Assembly: GCF_009914755.1 (NCBI RefSeq)
Contig: NC_060943.1
Source of the DNA: the human T2T-CHM13v2.0 reference genome, Homo sapiens
DNA length: 64,000 bases
Reading direction: 5' to 3' (one strand)
In this document: piece after piece, positions 1 through 26,186 of the stretch
Numbering within the stretch: the stretch's first letter is position 1
Layout of the letters: every line of letters begins with the position of its first letter
Made by a program: the position numbers and the translations under genes
The notes under the pieces: model-generated
Seen by the model: the letters and a program-made list of their open reading frames with translations, nothing else
Told to the model about the DNA's origin: nothing
Database searches by the model: none

Positions 1-81
1 ACTGGAGGAGTTTCCAAAACTGCCGGTGTGTTTGGGCATTGTATTTTCTAAAGCTCTCCAGTTGCTTGTGAAGTAGAGTGA

Positions 82-930
<849 letters not shown>

Positions 931-1900
931 AAATAGGGCTAACAGCACCTACATCATCATGTTATTATGAGGATGAAACGAATTTCATATTGTACCTCCA
1001 AAGCACTTAGAAAAGTGTCTCGCACTGGAGATGCCAAATACATGTTTAACCATGGAAATGTTTTAAAACTGTAATTCCATTCTTCTGCTCGAAGGCCTCC
1101 AGATACTTCTCATGATCCTCAGAGTAAAATCCCATGCCTTCCCCAAAGCCAGCAAGGCCCCTGATGCATCTAGCACTTGGCTCTCACCCAACCCAGCTCA
1201 TCCCTACTCCCTTCCTCCAAGCCCTCCTCCAGCTCCCTTCACTCTTCCTTTTTTGTTACCGACAGCTCACTAAGCTCCTTCTCCTTGTGGTTCCCTTTTC
1301 GTGGAGCCCTCGTTCCCCAGGTACTCATCCAGCTGAATTTCCCCTCTTTGAGGCTGCCTGTGACTCAAATTTTATTTCCTCAAAGGACTTCCCCCTCCAC
1401 CACTCCTAAGTGGCTTCCCTTTTGACACATTCACATAATACCTAGTTGCTGACTTCGCTGGGTGTATCATTAGCTGATAGCATCTATTTTTGTCTACTTG
1501 TTATTTTTATCCGTTAGACTTGCACATCCCTTAATGCATCAAATGGTTGACTGTGAAAAACAACTTCCTTCCCCTCTCTCTCCACCACAGTCACTTACCG
1601 CTTCCTGGAGGCAGCTGCTGCTACCTCTTGTCAGCAAAATATTTATCCCTCCATGCCTTTAAGGGGCTTGCTTATTTTACTGTATTTCTTCATTTCTCAA
1701 TATAAGGTTTCATCTGTTAAATTATTCTGTGGCAGATGAAGATTATGCTCTTATTCTTTTCCCAATATGTACAACACCCTTCCCGCCCTGTCTTCCCGAT
1801 CTGCTCCCATTGTCACTATGTTAGAAAATATTCAGTGTTTGCATAATCGTGACTACATCGATGTTAATGACATTGGAGCTCTGTAGTAAATAACAGCTCC

Positions 1901-2831
<931 letters not shown>

Positions 2832-2851
2832 TAAGCAGCTTCTTTATTTAC

Positions 2852-3358
2852 TGCTGGGAATAACGCTCCAAATCCTAAGGAAACTGAACACTCAAACAAA
2901 GGATTCTTAGCCAAGCAATTTTACTTGCGCAGAGGGGTGCTTCTCCTTGGCCAGTTGCCATGAGAGCACACCTGAACAAAGGGGCACGAGAGCCTTTATT
3001 CCTAATGCAAGTCCTGCCCCTGTACCCTTTCCCCATTGGCCGGAGTCAGGCCATACAATCTAAACTAGTCCCAGTTGGCTAAACATTTGAACTTTCTTTA
3101 GATAAGGTGGGCACGTAAGGGAGAGAGGGGAAAGGGGAAGGGGTGTCTGCAGTGAGCTAGAGAGCTAGTCTTCTTTCCAAATAAGGAAAAGAACGTGAGC
3201 TGGTACTAATAACGCCTGGTACTGTGGCGTGTCTGGGCATGGAACAAAGGCAGAAAGGAAAAAGAAGGAGCAAAAGGAAAAGGGGGTGGGGGGATACTAT
3301 GAATTAAAGAATAAAGGATTGATCGGCTATTTGAAGAGAAACCTCATCATAGCCCACA
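2852..3358 (-). mobile_element. Solo ERV1 LTR, LTR10-family-like
   Basis: TG...CA termini; 5-bp target-site duplication (TSD) TTTAC at 2847-2851 and 3359-3363; minus-strand start TGTGGGCTATGATGAGGTTTCTCTTCAAATAG resembles LTR10B/E. Confidence 0.8.
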
Positions 3359-3689
3359 TTTACTTATTTTATTATTTATTAACTTTTTTGGAGACAGAGT
3401 CTCGCTCTGTTGCCCAGGCTGGAGTGTGGTGGTACAATCATGGCTCACTGCGGCCTCCATCTCCTGGGCCCAGACAATCCTCCTGCCCAATCCCCTCAAA
3501 GCATTGGGATCACAGGTGTCACCACACCTGGCTATTTTGTTTGTTCGTTTATAGAAAGGGGAGGGTCTCACTATCCTGCCCAGGGCTGGTCTCAAACTCC
3601 TGGGCTCAAGTCATCCTTCTGCCTCGGCCTCCCAAATTGCTGGGATTACAGGCATGAGCCACCATGCCCAACCCTGACGCAGCTTCTTT

Positions 3690-4430
3690 AGAAAGTAAAT
3701 GCTTTGAAATCCCGCATGTCAGAAAATGTCTTTATCCCACTCTCATGTGTAGTTGATATTGGGCTATGTATGGAATATTCTGGGTTGGCAATCATTCTTC
3801 TTCAGAACTTGAAAGGCATTGCCGCATTGCCTTCTAGCGTCCAGTCTGGCTGAAAATTCCCAAGACATCCTGACTCCTATCCTTTGTCCATGGCCTGTCT
3901 TTTTCTCTCTGGAAGCCTGCAGGATCCTTACCTTTCTCACAAGGTATCTAAAATTCCATCCATTGGGCATTCAATGGACTCTTCCAGTCTACAAAATAAT
4001 TTCCTTCCATTTGGGAAGATTCTCTTGAAACACTTTGTGATGGTTTCCTTGCCTTCATTTTCTCTCTTCTCTCCTTCTGGAATCCTTGTTATTTGGGGGA
4101 CACTGCACCTCTTACACGGCCCTCTAATTTTCCCTTTTTTCCCATTTTTTCTCTCCCCATTGTTTTGCTTTACTTTCTGTGAGATTTTCTTATCTTCCAA
4201 CCCTTCTATTTTTCATTTTTGCTATCACTTTTCATTTCTGAGCACATTTTTATTCCTTCTTAGCATGCTGACCTTGTTTCATGATTGCAATGTCCACTCT
4301 GATTTCTCTGAGGAATCTTCATCTCCCTGCTCTAAGATGCCTTTTTTGGTGTCAGTTGCTATATTTTATGTTAGAAGTTGTCATCATATATATGGTAATT
4401 CTTGGTTGTCTGCTCACATTGAAGAGAAGG
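3690..4430 (-). mobile_element. Old L1 fragment, ORF1 region
   Basis: Minus-strand translation EFSARLDARRQCGNAFQVLKKNDCQPRIF resembles the L1 ORF1p C-terminal domain; T-rich + strand. Confidence 0.75.
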
Positions 4431-4507
4431 GAAGGGACTACTTTTTTTTAGATACATAAAACGTATATAAAGGCACTATGACATGATGTCTAAACCAGAA
4501 AAGAATG

Positions 4508-6224
<1,717 letters not shown>

Positions 6225-7073
6225 CATTTTGTACACCTATCCATCCCCAGCAGTCAGAACCATGTTTGACACAGAGTCAGTGTTAAACAAATGAATGAAC
6301 CAATTTGCTAGCAAAAGAAACGTACTACTCGCCATCAGGGAGGTGGTAGCAGACTCAGGTCTCCTAACTTTCCGGGCAGTGTCCTTCCTACCACAGCATG
6401 GTTGGGGTATGGGTAATTTTGCTAATTAATGATATCAGACAGATTATAAAGTGCTTCACCTGGTACCAAATGGTTTCAGAAATCTTATCTCATTTGATCC
6501 TGACAACAGCCCATGGGCCAGATGGTAAAAGAATTATTATTGGCCCTAATATAGCAATGATCCCTGACAGGAACTATCCTGTACCATAGAAATCACCGTC
6601 GCTGCTCCTGACCTCTCACCCATGTCCACTGTCATTTATCTGGGCCCTTCCATCACCTCCTCTGCAGACAGGACTGTTAAGGCTTGTCACCTCTCAAGCA
6701 CTTGGTCCCCAAGAATCCAGGACTAGCTCCTTCATAAAGAGGGAAACGGGTACAGACAGGGGTAAGTCATATAAGGTCCTTGGAGCAAAGAAGACATCTG
6801 AGTTTTGTGATGTTACAGGAGCAGAAAAAAGAAGAAAAGTGGAACTGTCAGATCAGTAGCACCTTAGAGAAGAGCTGGATGGAGAAGGAAGGAGAAGGGG
6901 CTTAGATCCTGGAAGGAGAGAGAATAAGTCCCAGAACTAAGAGCGGTATGTATACGGTGGGGAGAGAGGTGGGATGAAAATAACCATTTACCATAACCAT
7001 AGATTCCCTTTTTTTAAAATGAAATGAAAAATATCCTAGAATATAATCACAAAGCCAGTTAAAAAATATTCTA

Positions 7074-7340
<267 letters not shown>

Positions 7341-7454
7341 TCACCAAAAATAAAAATAAAAAATTCTGGACAGCAGGTTCTGTAAAACCATAACATTAGC
7401 TCCTGGGATCTGCTTAGTTTCTGGATAGCCTGAACTCTGCCCTAAGACCCCAGG

Positions 7455-8101
<647 letters not shown>

Positions 8102-8206
8102 TGAGTCTTGGTACGGAAAGAGGTCTGAAACATCTTATGAAGCTACAATAGCAGTTGTAGAAGAGAATAAATAAAACAGTACTGTCTATAATCTTAAAAT
8201 CAGTAT

Positions 8207-8579
8207 AGTTATGTGTCACTTAACAATGGGGATATGTTCTGACAAATACAGGCAATTTTGTCGTTATGCAAACATCACAGAGTGTACTTACACACACCTA
8301 GATGGGATGGCCTACTGCACACCTAGGCTATAATGGTATGGCCTATTGCTCCTATGCTACAAACCATGGTACTGTACTGAATATTGCAGGCAACTGGAGC
8401 ACAACAGTATTTGTGTATCTCAACATAGAAAAGGTAATGCATTGTGCTATGATGTTACAGCAGCTACAATGTCAGTAGGTGACAGGAATTTTTCAGCTCC
8501 ATTCTAATCATATGGGACCACCATTGTATATATACGCAGTCTGTCAATGACCAGAACGTTGTTATGTGGTGCATGACTA
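8207..8579 (+). mobile_element. Tigger3/MER7-like DNA transposon
   Basis: Terminal inverted repeats ending ...tgcatgacta, TA flanks, typical internal sequence. Confidence 0.75.
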
Positions 8580-9529
8580 TATATATATATAATAATAGCA
8601 GCTGAGTGTTTTTGAGACCTTCATACATGTGAGCACAGAGCTAACCTCTCTGCATGCACCGTTCAATGAATTCTTACCAAAGCACAGGGACATAGGTATT
8701 GCCATGACTTTTCTTTTTACAAAAAGGGAAATTGGCCAGGCACATGGCTCATGCCTGTAATCCCAACACTTGGGGAGGATCACTCGAGCCCAGGAGTTCA
8801 AGACCAGCTTGGGCAACATGGTGAAACCCTGTCTCTACAAAATATAAAAAAGATTAGCCAGGCATGGTGGCATGTACCTGTGGTCCCAGCTACTCAGAAG
8901 ACTAAGGTGGGAGGATGGAGGCTACAGCGAGTTGAGATCGAGTCACTGCACTCCAGCCTGGGCAACAGACTGAGACTTTGTCTCCAAAAAACAAAACAAA
9001 CAAACAAAAAAAAGGAACTGAGACTTAGAGCGATTGTGGAATAACTTGTCCTATATCTCACAGCAAATAAGTGGCAGGGCAGGACTAGAACCTGGATCTG
9101 TATGACTCCGGAGTCTGAATTCTCAGCCTCTGCTAGGAAAGCATGGATGTGTACACATGTACGTGAAATTCGCAAAGGCTACGTGACAGTCAACAATGGT
9201 TACTTAGGAAATTGGGAGGAGGGAAGGTAGGTCAACTTTCTTTCTTTTTTTTTTCATTAAAAAATTTGTTTTTTAGTGACAGAGTGAGACTGTCACTAAA
9301 AAACAGTCTGGAGTGCAGTGGCACAATCATACCTTACTGCAGCCTGGAACTCTTGACCTCAAGCAATTGTTTTGCCTCAGCCTCCCAAAATGCTGGGATT
9401 ACAGGCATGAGCCACTGCACCCGGCCTCATTTTCTGCTTTACATAATTCTGTACTGTTTACATTTTTCCCATGAGCATATATTATTTCATAATAAACACA
9501 TAAAGCCTGGTTTTAAGTTGATTCTGCTG

Positions 9530-10579
<1,050 letters not shown>

Positions 10580-12059
10580 CTGTTCACCAAACATACACAG
10601 AGAAGAAAACTCAAATTACTCTAGCGTTTAGGTCCTGTTAACTGACCAACTACTGTGAGCTACACTGAGGGCTAAGCACTTCACGTCCAGGACGTCACTG
10701 AATCCTCACAACTGGGTCTGGAGGGAGGGTATTTTCATTAACTCCCTTCACAGAGGAGGACCCTGAGGCTCAGGAATGTGAAGTGACCTCCCTAAGGTCA
10801 CATAACAACTTAGGAACTCAACTTAGGCCTGACTGGTTCCTGAGCCCATGCGTGTAGCTACATCAGTATGTTAGCGGCGCAGGAATGATGACAATGATAA
10901 TAACAGCAGTTTACGTGCTTGCTATGTGGCAGCCCTGTGCATTTCATGTATAATCTCATCACATCTCCATGGCAATCCCCGTTTTACAGAAGAGGAAACT
11001 GAGCGTCAGCAGAGAGAAGTCACTTGTTTGCCCAGGGTCATCCAGCAGAATTGAGACTAGAACCCAAACCACCGGCATCCATCCAGTGGCTCAGGCCAAA
11101 ATCTCAGTAGCCATCCTTGACTCCTCCTTCTTCTTCCTCCATATCTAATCCATTGGTTCTAGTTGGCTTCAGTTTTCAAAATACATGTTCACTTCTCACT
11201 ATCTGACTACTGCAGGCCCCATGGAAGCCACCGCCGTCTCTCTTCCAGGCCAGTTTGAAAGACTTCCTACTGAACGCCCTCCCTCCATTCCTGCCTCTTG
11301 CCCCCACCCCATCCACTCTCTACATTGCAGTCAGAGTGATCTTTTTCAACTCTTTTGCTAAATATCTCTCCTGCAACCTTTCTTAGGGTTTTGGGAGACA
11401 ATTAAGCTCTGCAGAGAATGGTTTGAGTGATTGTTTTCTTGATTTTCCCAAGGATGCTACTAGCTAATACCATTACTTACTACAGTAGGAGATAACTTAA
11501 TTCATTACATGCAATGGATGCCTTAGAGTCTTAGGGCTTAAGTCTACCGGGAACTGGGTGGAGACAGCTGCAAAAGTTTCCTGTCACATTTCAAATACCA
11601 GTGACCATGGCCTACAAGGCCCCTGTGACCTGCCACCCACCACACCTTGACCTCTGCAGGTACATTTCCAACTACCCTTTTCCCAAGCACAAGACCTCTT
11701 CTCCCTACCTCAATCATAGAAGTCTCATTGCTGCCTTAGAGCTTTTGCAGGGGTTGTTCCCACAACCTTGAGCCCTGCCCAAGCCATCCAGAGCCTGCTC
11801 CTTTTGTCAGTCATTCAGGGCTCAGTTCAAAGACCACCAGCTCAGAGGGGCCCTCTCGGCCACCTGAATTAAATGCTGCCAATTCCTGCTGTTTTATTTC
11901 CTTTATGGCACTTATTTATCATAATCTGAAAGTACCTTTGCTTGTTCACTCAACTGTTGTGTGTCTCCCAAGTTAAGGCTGAGCTCCATGGGGCAGAAAC
12001 CTTTTCACAGGGAAGCAATCTGTAAAAATATGTTTAGAGAATCCATCAGATATCTATTA

Positions 12060-16922
<4,863 letters not shown>

Positions 16923-17592
16923 ACACAAGAAACTAAAATAGTTAAAAATTCTAGGGCTCTGAAATCTAATAGAACCTGAGTTGAAAGCCTGGCTCTGCTA
17001 TTTCTTCTGTGGGTGCTCTTAGGAAAGTCACTTCATCTTTATGGGCCTCAGTTTCCTCATCTGTCAGAAGAGAGCAAGTGAATACAGTTGCAAATATTAT
17101 TTCTCTAAGTATGACTCTATCTGAGTCATTATCTAAGTGGAGTTTTATAGCATAATAATAACAGCTACCTTTTATTAACATGAAAAAATCTAGGCTAACA
17201 TTTACTGAGGTTTTCTAAACCCTTGTGAAGTATTGCTATTATTCCCACTTTACAAATGATGAAACTTTGGCCCTGACAGAGTAGCCACCCAGAGGTCACG
17301 TAGCTAGTAAAGTGGTAGGAACAGAATTTGAAATCAGGTCTGACTGATTTTATAACTCATATTCTAACCGCTAAGTTGTACCACTTTAAATGCCTCCAGC
17401 GGATACTTAGCAGTGGTTTCCAAACATTTTTTAAGGAATGGAAACATTTTTTTTTTCAAGCAAAGTCTTAAATGAAACAGTAGGTTATAAAGCAAGTGAA
17501 GGCCAAATTACACCAGTTAAAGCAGGGATAATGCAGGTACGGGTTCAATCCTGGCTCTGCCGGGTCCTGGCTGTGTGAGCTTGAACAGATTA

Positions 17593-17900
17593 CAGTCTCC
17601 GTCATCACTTAATGGTGGAGATACGTTTTGAGAAATGAAGAACAGCAGAGTGCACTTACACAAACCTTTATCGTATCGCCTACTCCACACCTAGGCTGTG
17701 TGGTATAGCTTATGGCTCTTAGGCTGCAAACCTGCCCAGCATGTCACTGGACTGAATGCTGCAGGCAACTGTAACACAATAAGCATTTGTGTTTCTAAAC
17801 ATAGAAAAGGTACAGTACAAATATGATATAATCTTTTGGGACCACTGTTGTTTATGCCGTCTGTTGTTGACCGAAACGTCATTATACAGAGCATGACTGT
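17593..17900 (+). mobile_element. Tigger3/MER7-like DNA transposon
   Basis: tacagt...catgactgta termini; similar to the element at 8207. Confidence 0.75.
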
Positions 17901-18861
17901 ACTTATCTCTCTGAGATTCAATTTCTTTGTTTGTAAGATGGGGATAATGATGCCAACCTAATAGGTTTGTTTTGCGGATCAACTGAGATAATATATGCAA
18001 AGCACTTGGCATAAAGCCTGGCGCGTGATAAGAACCAAATTAAGAATGGCTGCTATTGAATTGTGGCTGTGGCTGTTACCACCTTCGGGACTGTCTTTAC
18101 TGACGATGGGATTGAGTGGAAATTTTTCAGCCCCCCATCATCTGACCCAACCTGCATTTCCAGGCCTCCACGCCTACGGGATAGCCCGGCTGAATGACAG
18201 CGTTCCCAGTCCAGAATCCCGCACTACCAGTTCTTCGTGCTCTGCCCACTGGAGGGCCCTCTTCCCCCCTCCCTCCTCTAAAAGCATACTCTGGAAATTT
18301 TTTGAATATTTTAAGAAACTGTTATTGTAGAATATTTCAAAATTTGCAAAAATAAAAAGCTAGTATAATGAACCTCGTTTTTTATTAGGTAATTACCGAC
18401 CTTATTTCTTGTGTACCCCAACCTGTTCCCCCCACTGGATTATTTTGAAGCAAATCCTAAAGAGTTTATTACTTCAGACATAGATTTATCATTAGGTATC
18501 TGCAAGGTAAAGACTCTTTTTTAACATAACTACAATAATATTTTCACATCTAAAAATATAATTTCTTTTTATTTTTTTTATTGTTTCTTTTTTTTAATTT
18601 TTTTTTTAGAGACGGAATCTCACTATGTTGACCAGGCTGGTCTTGAACTCTTGGACTCAAGCAATCCACCCACCTCGGCCTCCCAAATCAAAGAGCTGAG
18701 ATTACAGGCGTGAGCCGCCATGCCCAGACCAAAGATGATAATGTCTTATTATCAATATGTCCGTGTTCAGGTTTCCTTCGTTGTCTCCTAAATCTTTTTC
18801 TCTCCCAGTTGGTTTGTTCAAATTAGGATATAGACAAGATTCATATGTTGCATTTAAGTGA

Positions 18862-19083
<222 letters not shown>

Positions 19084-19110
19084 TGATTTTGAACTCTTGA
19101 CCTCAGGTGA

Positions 19111-19559
<449 letters not shown>

Positions 19560-19889
19560 TAGAATTTCTCACAGGAAATGCCAAGGTTGGGGGGAGTTAT
19601 TAACATCTTTCCTGTAGAATCCTTTACTGTGTTCCTCTGTGCCTTTTCATCCCCCTGCAAACTGGTAGTTAGATCTAGAGTCTAGAGTTTTAATCAGGTT
19701 TGGAGTTGATTTTTGGCAAGAATGCTTCCTATGTGGGGCCCTGTGCTTTCTGTTGCATCAGGTCTGCAGAAGCTTGTCTCTTCTCTCTCTGGGTGTTGGA
19801 TAGATACATGGGTTCACTGGTTGTGAGCCTGATCCACCACCATAAATTTCCCCATCAGCATTTCACCTGCCGGGTTTGGCAGTCATTAA

Positions 19890-21022
<1,133 letters not shown>

Positions 21023-21844
21023 AGATGCTAGCCTACATTCATTATTTTATTAAATTTTGAAAAACGAAAATATTCTATTATTTCTTTTGCATTTATTAGT
21101 TTCAAATTCTCGTATAAAGAAAAATTGTGCCAGCTGGGCATGGTGGCGCATGCCTGTAATTTCAACACTTTGGGAGGCCAAGGCCAGAGGATCACTTGAG
21201 GTCAGGAGTTGAAGACCACCCTGGGCAACATAGCAAGACACCCATCCTACAAAAAATTTAAAAATATACCAGGTGTGGTGGCTTGTGCCTGTAGTTCCAA
21301 CTACTCAGGAGGCTGAGGCAGGAGGATTGCTTGAGCCAGGGAGGTGAAGGCTGCCTCCAGCCAAGATCATGCCACTGCACTCCAGCCTCGGTGAAAGAGC
21401 AAGACGCTGTCTCAAAAAAAAAAAAAAAAAAAAAGAGAGAGAGAGAGAAACTGTTTACCCTGAAGTATATAGTTCATAGAGGAAAGTAAGGATGAATCCT
21501 TGATTCATTTCCTTTATTTACCAGTTTTTTAAATGAGTTGATTCCCAGAAGCCTCCCAAAGTAATCACTTAGTTTGGCTTTGGTTTTTAGTCCCTTTATG
21601 TCCTGGCTGAGTATGACAGGGACTTTTTTTTTTTTTAAGTTCATTTATGAATGCCAAATTCAAAGTTACTTTCCCCAGTTTTCTTACCCTGGTGCAAAAC
21701 TATCTCCTCCCTTCTGTCAGATTTAAACATATCGTTCTAAGGTATCTAGTGCCTTCTCCCTGGATGCTTCCTTTATCGTAAGTATCAACTGGATCATAAC
21801 TCCTTGAAGGCCTTCTGCATAGCACTCAACATCATGCCCAAGGC

Positions 21845-22005
21845 CGTGCTTCTCAAACGTTATTCCACATGTGAATCATCCAGGGGCAGGGGTCTTGTTA
21901 AAATTCTGATGCATTAGCTCTGGGTGAGCAGAGCTTCTGCATTTCTAGCAAGCAAGCACCAAGTGATGCTGATGCCGCTGGCTCGGGGACCACACTCTGA
22001 GTAGC
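21845..22005. mobile_element. MER5-like hAT element
   Basis: gtgcttctcaaac...tctgcatttctagcaag...ggaccacactctgagtagca. Confidence 0.65.
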
Positions 22006-22406
22006 AAAAGGGTGTGGTAAATGTGAGAAATCAGTTTCATTCATTCAGTTAAGAGGCACCTACTCTGGGTCACTGCATGGACTAGGCCCTACCACTTTAC
22101 AGTGCAAAGCGTTTTTTTGGTGTTTGTTTGCTTTACTAGAAAGTTTTGATTTTAATTTATTCTTTTGAATATGTAATTTGCACATGGTAAAACATTTTTG
22201 TTCATAAAATCCAAAAGGGTACACAGTGAAAGTATCTAACTTTTCAAAAGTTATCACTGTTACTTCTCAAGTTTTATTCCAGATAATAGCAGATAATATG
22301 CAGATAATAGCATATATTTGTACCATATCTTTATTTTAACCACATGGCAGCATAATGATCTGCCACTTTCTTTTTTTCATTTTACTCTATCTTGGAGATT
22401 GTTTCA

Positions 22407-22820
<414 letters not shown>

Positions 22821-23394
22821 CTACTTCCTGCCTTTTATTAAATAAAGGTTATTTAATAAGATTTGCTTATGCAGATTCAAGTCTCCAGTGTTGAGTTATC
22901 TCCTCTACCTGATGGGAAATGTACAGGTCATCCCCAGGGAGAACAGGTGCTATGTCTTCCATTCTTTGAATCCTCTGAATGGCCTGACCCATGTTTGTGC
23001 ATTTTGTCAATTTCACATGATCTAGCTAGTATACATCTGTCACTCATGTGCACAGCTTGTCTACACTTCACTTTGTCTTTTTCTTTTTGGTTCAGATTGC
23101 AGTCTCTCTAGACTCCAATTGTTTCTTGACTGTGTATTCTGTCAGCACTTGCAAATTGATCTGGTGTTCTCTGGCTTTAATAATATGTTATTGTGAAATA
23201 CAACATGCATAGGTGTGCATAAAATGTACATATTTAAAGAAGAAATGAAACATGATATAGAAGTGGCTTCTGTCACACACCGTCCCCCCTTATCTCCTAT
23301 GTGCCACTCTCCTATCACATGGGATCTCTCCATCTAAGGGGCAACTACTATCCTGATTCTGGGTTAATCTTAAGTTCTCTGACGTTCCTTTTTG

Positions 23395-23580
23395 AAGTGG
23401 TTCTCAGACTTTAGTGAATCAGACTTGCTTAGAGGGCTTGTCAAAACACAGATTGCTGGGCCCCACCCCTGGTTTCGCACTTAGTAGATCTGAAGTGGGG
23501 CCCAAGAATTTGCATTTCTTTTCAGTTCCCAGGGGATCCTGGTGCTGCCAGCGTGGGGACCACACTTTGAGAACTACCGC
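23395..23580. mobile_element. MER5A-like hAT element
   Basis: agtggttctca...aatttgcatttct...ggaccacactttgagaactac. Confidence 0.7.
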
Positions 23581-24089
23581 CTTATCTCAGAGATACTCTT
23601 AACTTGTGTATCGTGACTCCTAGTCCCCTGGGGATGCTTTACTCCTCCCCTAAAACCTAGTCACTCGATGGGTGTCCCTTAAGCACCTCCCCTCTTCTTC
23701 CTGTACTCCATTTCCTATCACCTAGTTTGTGAGTGCACAATCTTCACTAAGTATTTCAACTGATTGTGGCATTTCACCAGTGTCCATAGTTTTCTTCTCT
23801 GTTGGTTATTCCATTTATAGCTTTCCTCTCCTTTGTGTGTATTGGAAGGAAGAGCATAAGCAACTTTTTTTTTTTTTTTGACAGAGTCTTGCTCTCTCAC
23901 CGAGGCTGGAGTGTAGTGGTACAATTTTGGCTCACTGCAACCTCCGCCTTCCGGATTCAAGCGATTCTCGTGCCTCAGCCTCCTGAGTAGCTGGGATTAC
24001 AGACATGCATCACCACACCCGGCTCAGTTTTGTATTTTTAGTAGAGATGGGGTTTCACCATGTTGGCTAGGCTGGTCTCGAACTCCTGA

Positions 24090-24305
<216 letters not shown>

Positions 24306-24629
24306 TAATTTCCCTTGTAGTCCACTTCCTCGATTAAACTGCAGTTGATGGTTTACAAACGCAGTTGCTTATAAAGGCCAAAGGCAATGTAAACAAGTGA
24401 AGCTTGCCAAGTAGAAAGTTCCCTGGAAGCCATGTCCTGTGTAAAGAGGGCAGCTGCTACTTGGCTTTAAGCCAGTCGCAGGTCCACTGTTCTCTAATCT
24501 TCCCAGTTTTCAAGAGAAACCAGAAACAATTCCAACTAGTTTAGTATTTTAAGTACACAAATTGGGTCAGAGAAAATACATCTACAGGAAGCAAAACTAA
24601 ATCCATTTCATGTTTCAAGATCTTTGCAG

Positions 24630-24742
24630 TGGATGGATGGATGGATGGATGGATGGATGGATGGATGGATGGATGGATGGATGGATGGATGGGTGGGTGG
24701 ATGGGTGGATGGGTGGGTGGATGGCTGGGTGGATGGATGGAT
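24630..24742 (+). repeat. (TGGA)n/(TGGG)n microsatellite
   Basis: Read directly from the sequence. Confidence 0.97.
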
Positions 24743-25163
24743 GCGCGAGTGAATGAGTGAATCTGGATCATTGCGGCTGCTCTCTGGTTGAAACTGGGGG
24801 AGTAGAGATACACTATCTACTATATGCCTGGCCGTGTGCAAGGGGCTTTATATACTTATGTCATTTGACCTTCATAACAACACCACAGAGTGGTTATCAT
24901 TCTTATTTATCTCCATACTCATTTCACGGATAAAGAAACAGAGGCTTAGGAAGACTCAAGGTCACGCTGCTAGTTTTCTTTATTTAGAGCCCACCTAATT
25001 CCAAAAAAAAAAAGGATTTCAGATGGGCTCATGTGATTGAAGCTGGGTCCTGAACTTTGGATTTCAGATAGCTCTGTTACACAAAATCGCCACTACAAAG
25101 GGAATCAGGTTTTCAGAAGGTAGGTAAGGGGGAATGCCAACAGGTCAGGGAGTAGGTTTGATT

Positions 25164-25800
25164 TGTGAAAGGAAAATAAAAACTTGGGACCCCAATTCAC
25201 TCTGTCGAAAGGAAAAAAGATAAGCCGAAAGCTGAGACATGCCAGAAGCTGCCTTTCCTTTTGTTCCTAAACAGATAGCTACAGGTAAAAGGTTAACTAT
25301 CTCAACAGATAGCTATTCTATGTTCACCATATCTTATGTAAACTGCTGGATTTACTGAGCATGAGACAAATATATAATGGACTATTCCCCTACCTGCTCC
25401 TTTTCTCTTATAACATGTGGATTCAGTGATGTGACCATTCCCTCCCTCTTTCCCCGCTTTTCCCCTTTAAATACTGAAGCTCTCAAAATCATCTTTGGAG
25501 AAAGGCACAGACCACAGACTGTTCCTCTGATTCTGTATTTTTTTCTCCCCGGCATTGTCCTTAACCTTGGCAAAATAAACTTCTCAATTGATTGAGACCT
25601 GTCTCAGATACTTTTTGGGTTACAAATTGGCAACCCGTGAATGGCCTCTGAATGGAGGTGGCCCTGACCTCTGACAAATCTATCGTTGCTTGGTACTGGT
25701 TTGAGCTGTCTTTATTGCTCAAACCAACAGGACAGTTTTCTGGGTCCAGGAGCTCCCCCTTAAGAGAATGAGACCTGTCTCAGATACCTTTTGGTTTAGA
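25164..25800 (+). mobile_element. MER4-group ERV1: 5' LTR, short internal piece and tip of 3' LTR
   Basis: LTR 25164-25624; TGAGACCTGTCTCAGATAC repeated at 25593 and 25769; 4-bp TSD GATT at 25160 and 25801. Confidence 0.8.
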
Positions 25801-26060
25801 GATTCCCTGAGCATCTTACTAAGCAAGTCATAGCTTCATGCTCCTCAAGGATCCCAGCCAACACTAAGGAGCTAAGACACAAGGGGGTCTCTTGCCATCT
25901 TGGTGTGTCCTTTCTATTTCCTCCTGTCTCCCTACTTACTCTCCTCTTGGAAGTCAAGATTTCTACCTATCAGCCTTGGGGCTCATTCCATCTTAATTCC
26001 TTTGTAAAGCCCAGTAGGAGGACAGAGACGCAGATACAGGAGCTGTTGGATGGAAAATGT

Positions 26061-26066
26061 TTTATT
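26061..26066 (-). terminator. KRTDAP: KRTDAP polyadenylation signal AATAAA
   Basis: tttatt on the + strand, about 80 nt after the stop codon. Confidence 0.9.
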
Positions 26067-26147
26067 GGAGTTCCTGAGGCAGGAAAGAGTTATGGTAGGT
26101 TGAGAATCAGCGCTCACGCTAGCCCCCTCTTCCAGTGGAGGTCATGG

Positions 26148-26186
26148 TCACTGGGCATCAGGAGTTGCGCTCCTCAGTCCTTTCAG
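26148..26186 (-). CDS. KRTDAP: KRTDAP exon 6, coding part
   Basis: tag|LKGLRSATPDAQ-TGA. Confidence 0.96.
   Translation of the reverse strand: MKGLRSATPDAQ

Noticed and set aside
6755-6830. Perfect + strand donor GTAAGT with nearby TATA-like and acceptor-like motifs
   Set aside because: The implied intron is under 60 nt and there is no coherent ORF or partner exon.
24541-24841. ORFs with HPSI repeats
   Set aside because: Translation of the (TGGA)n microsatellite.
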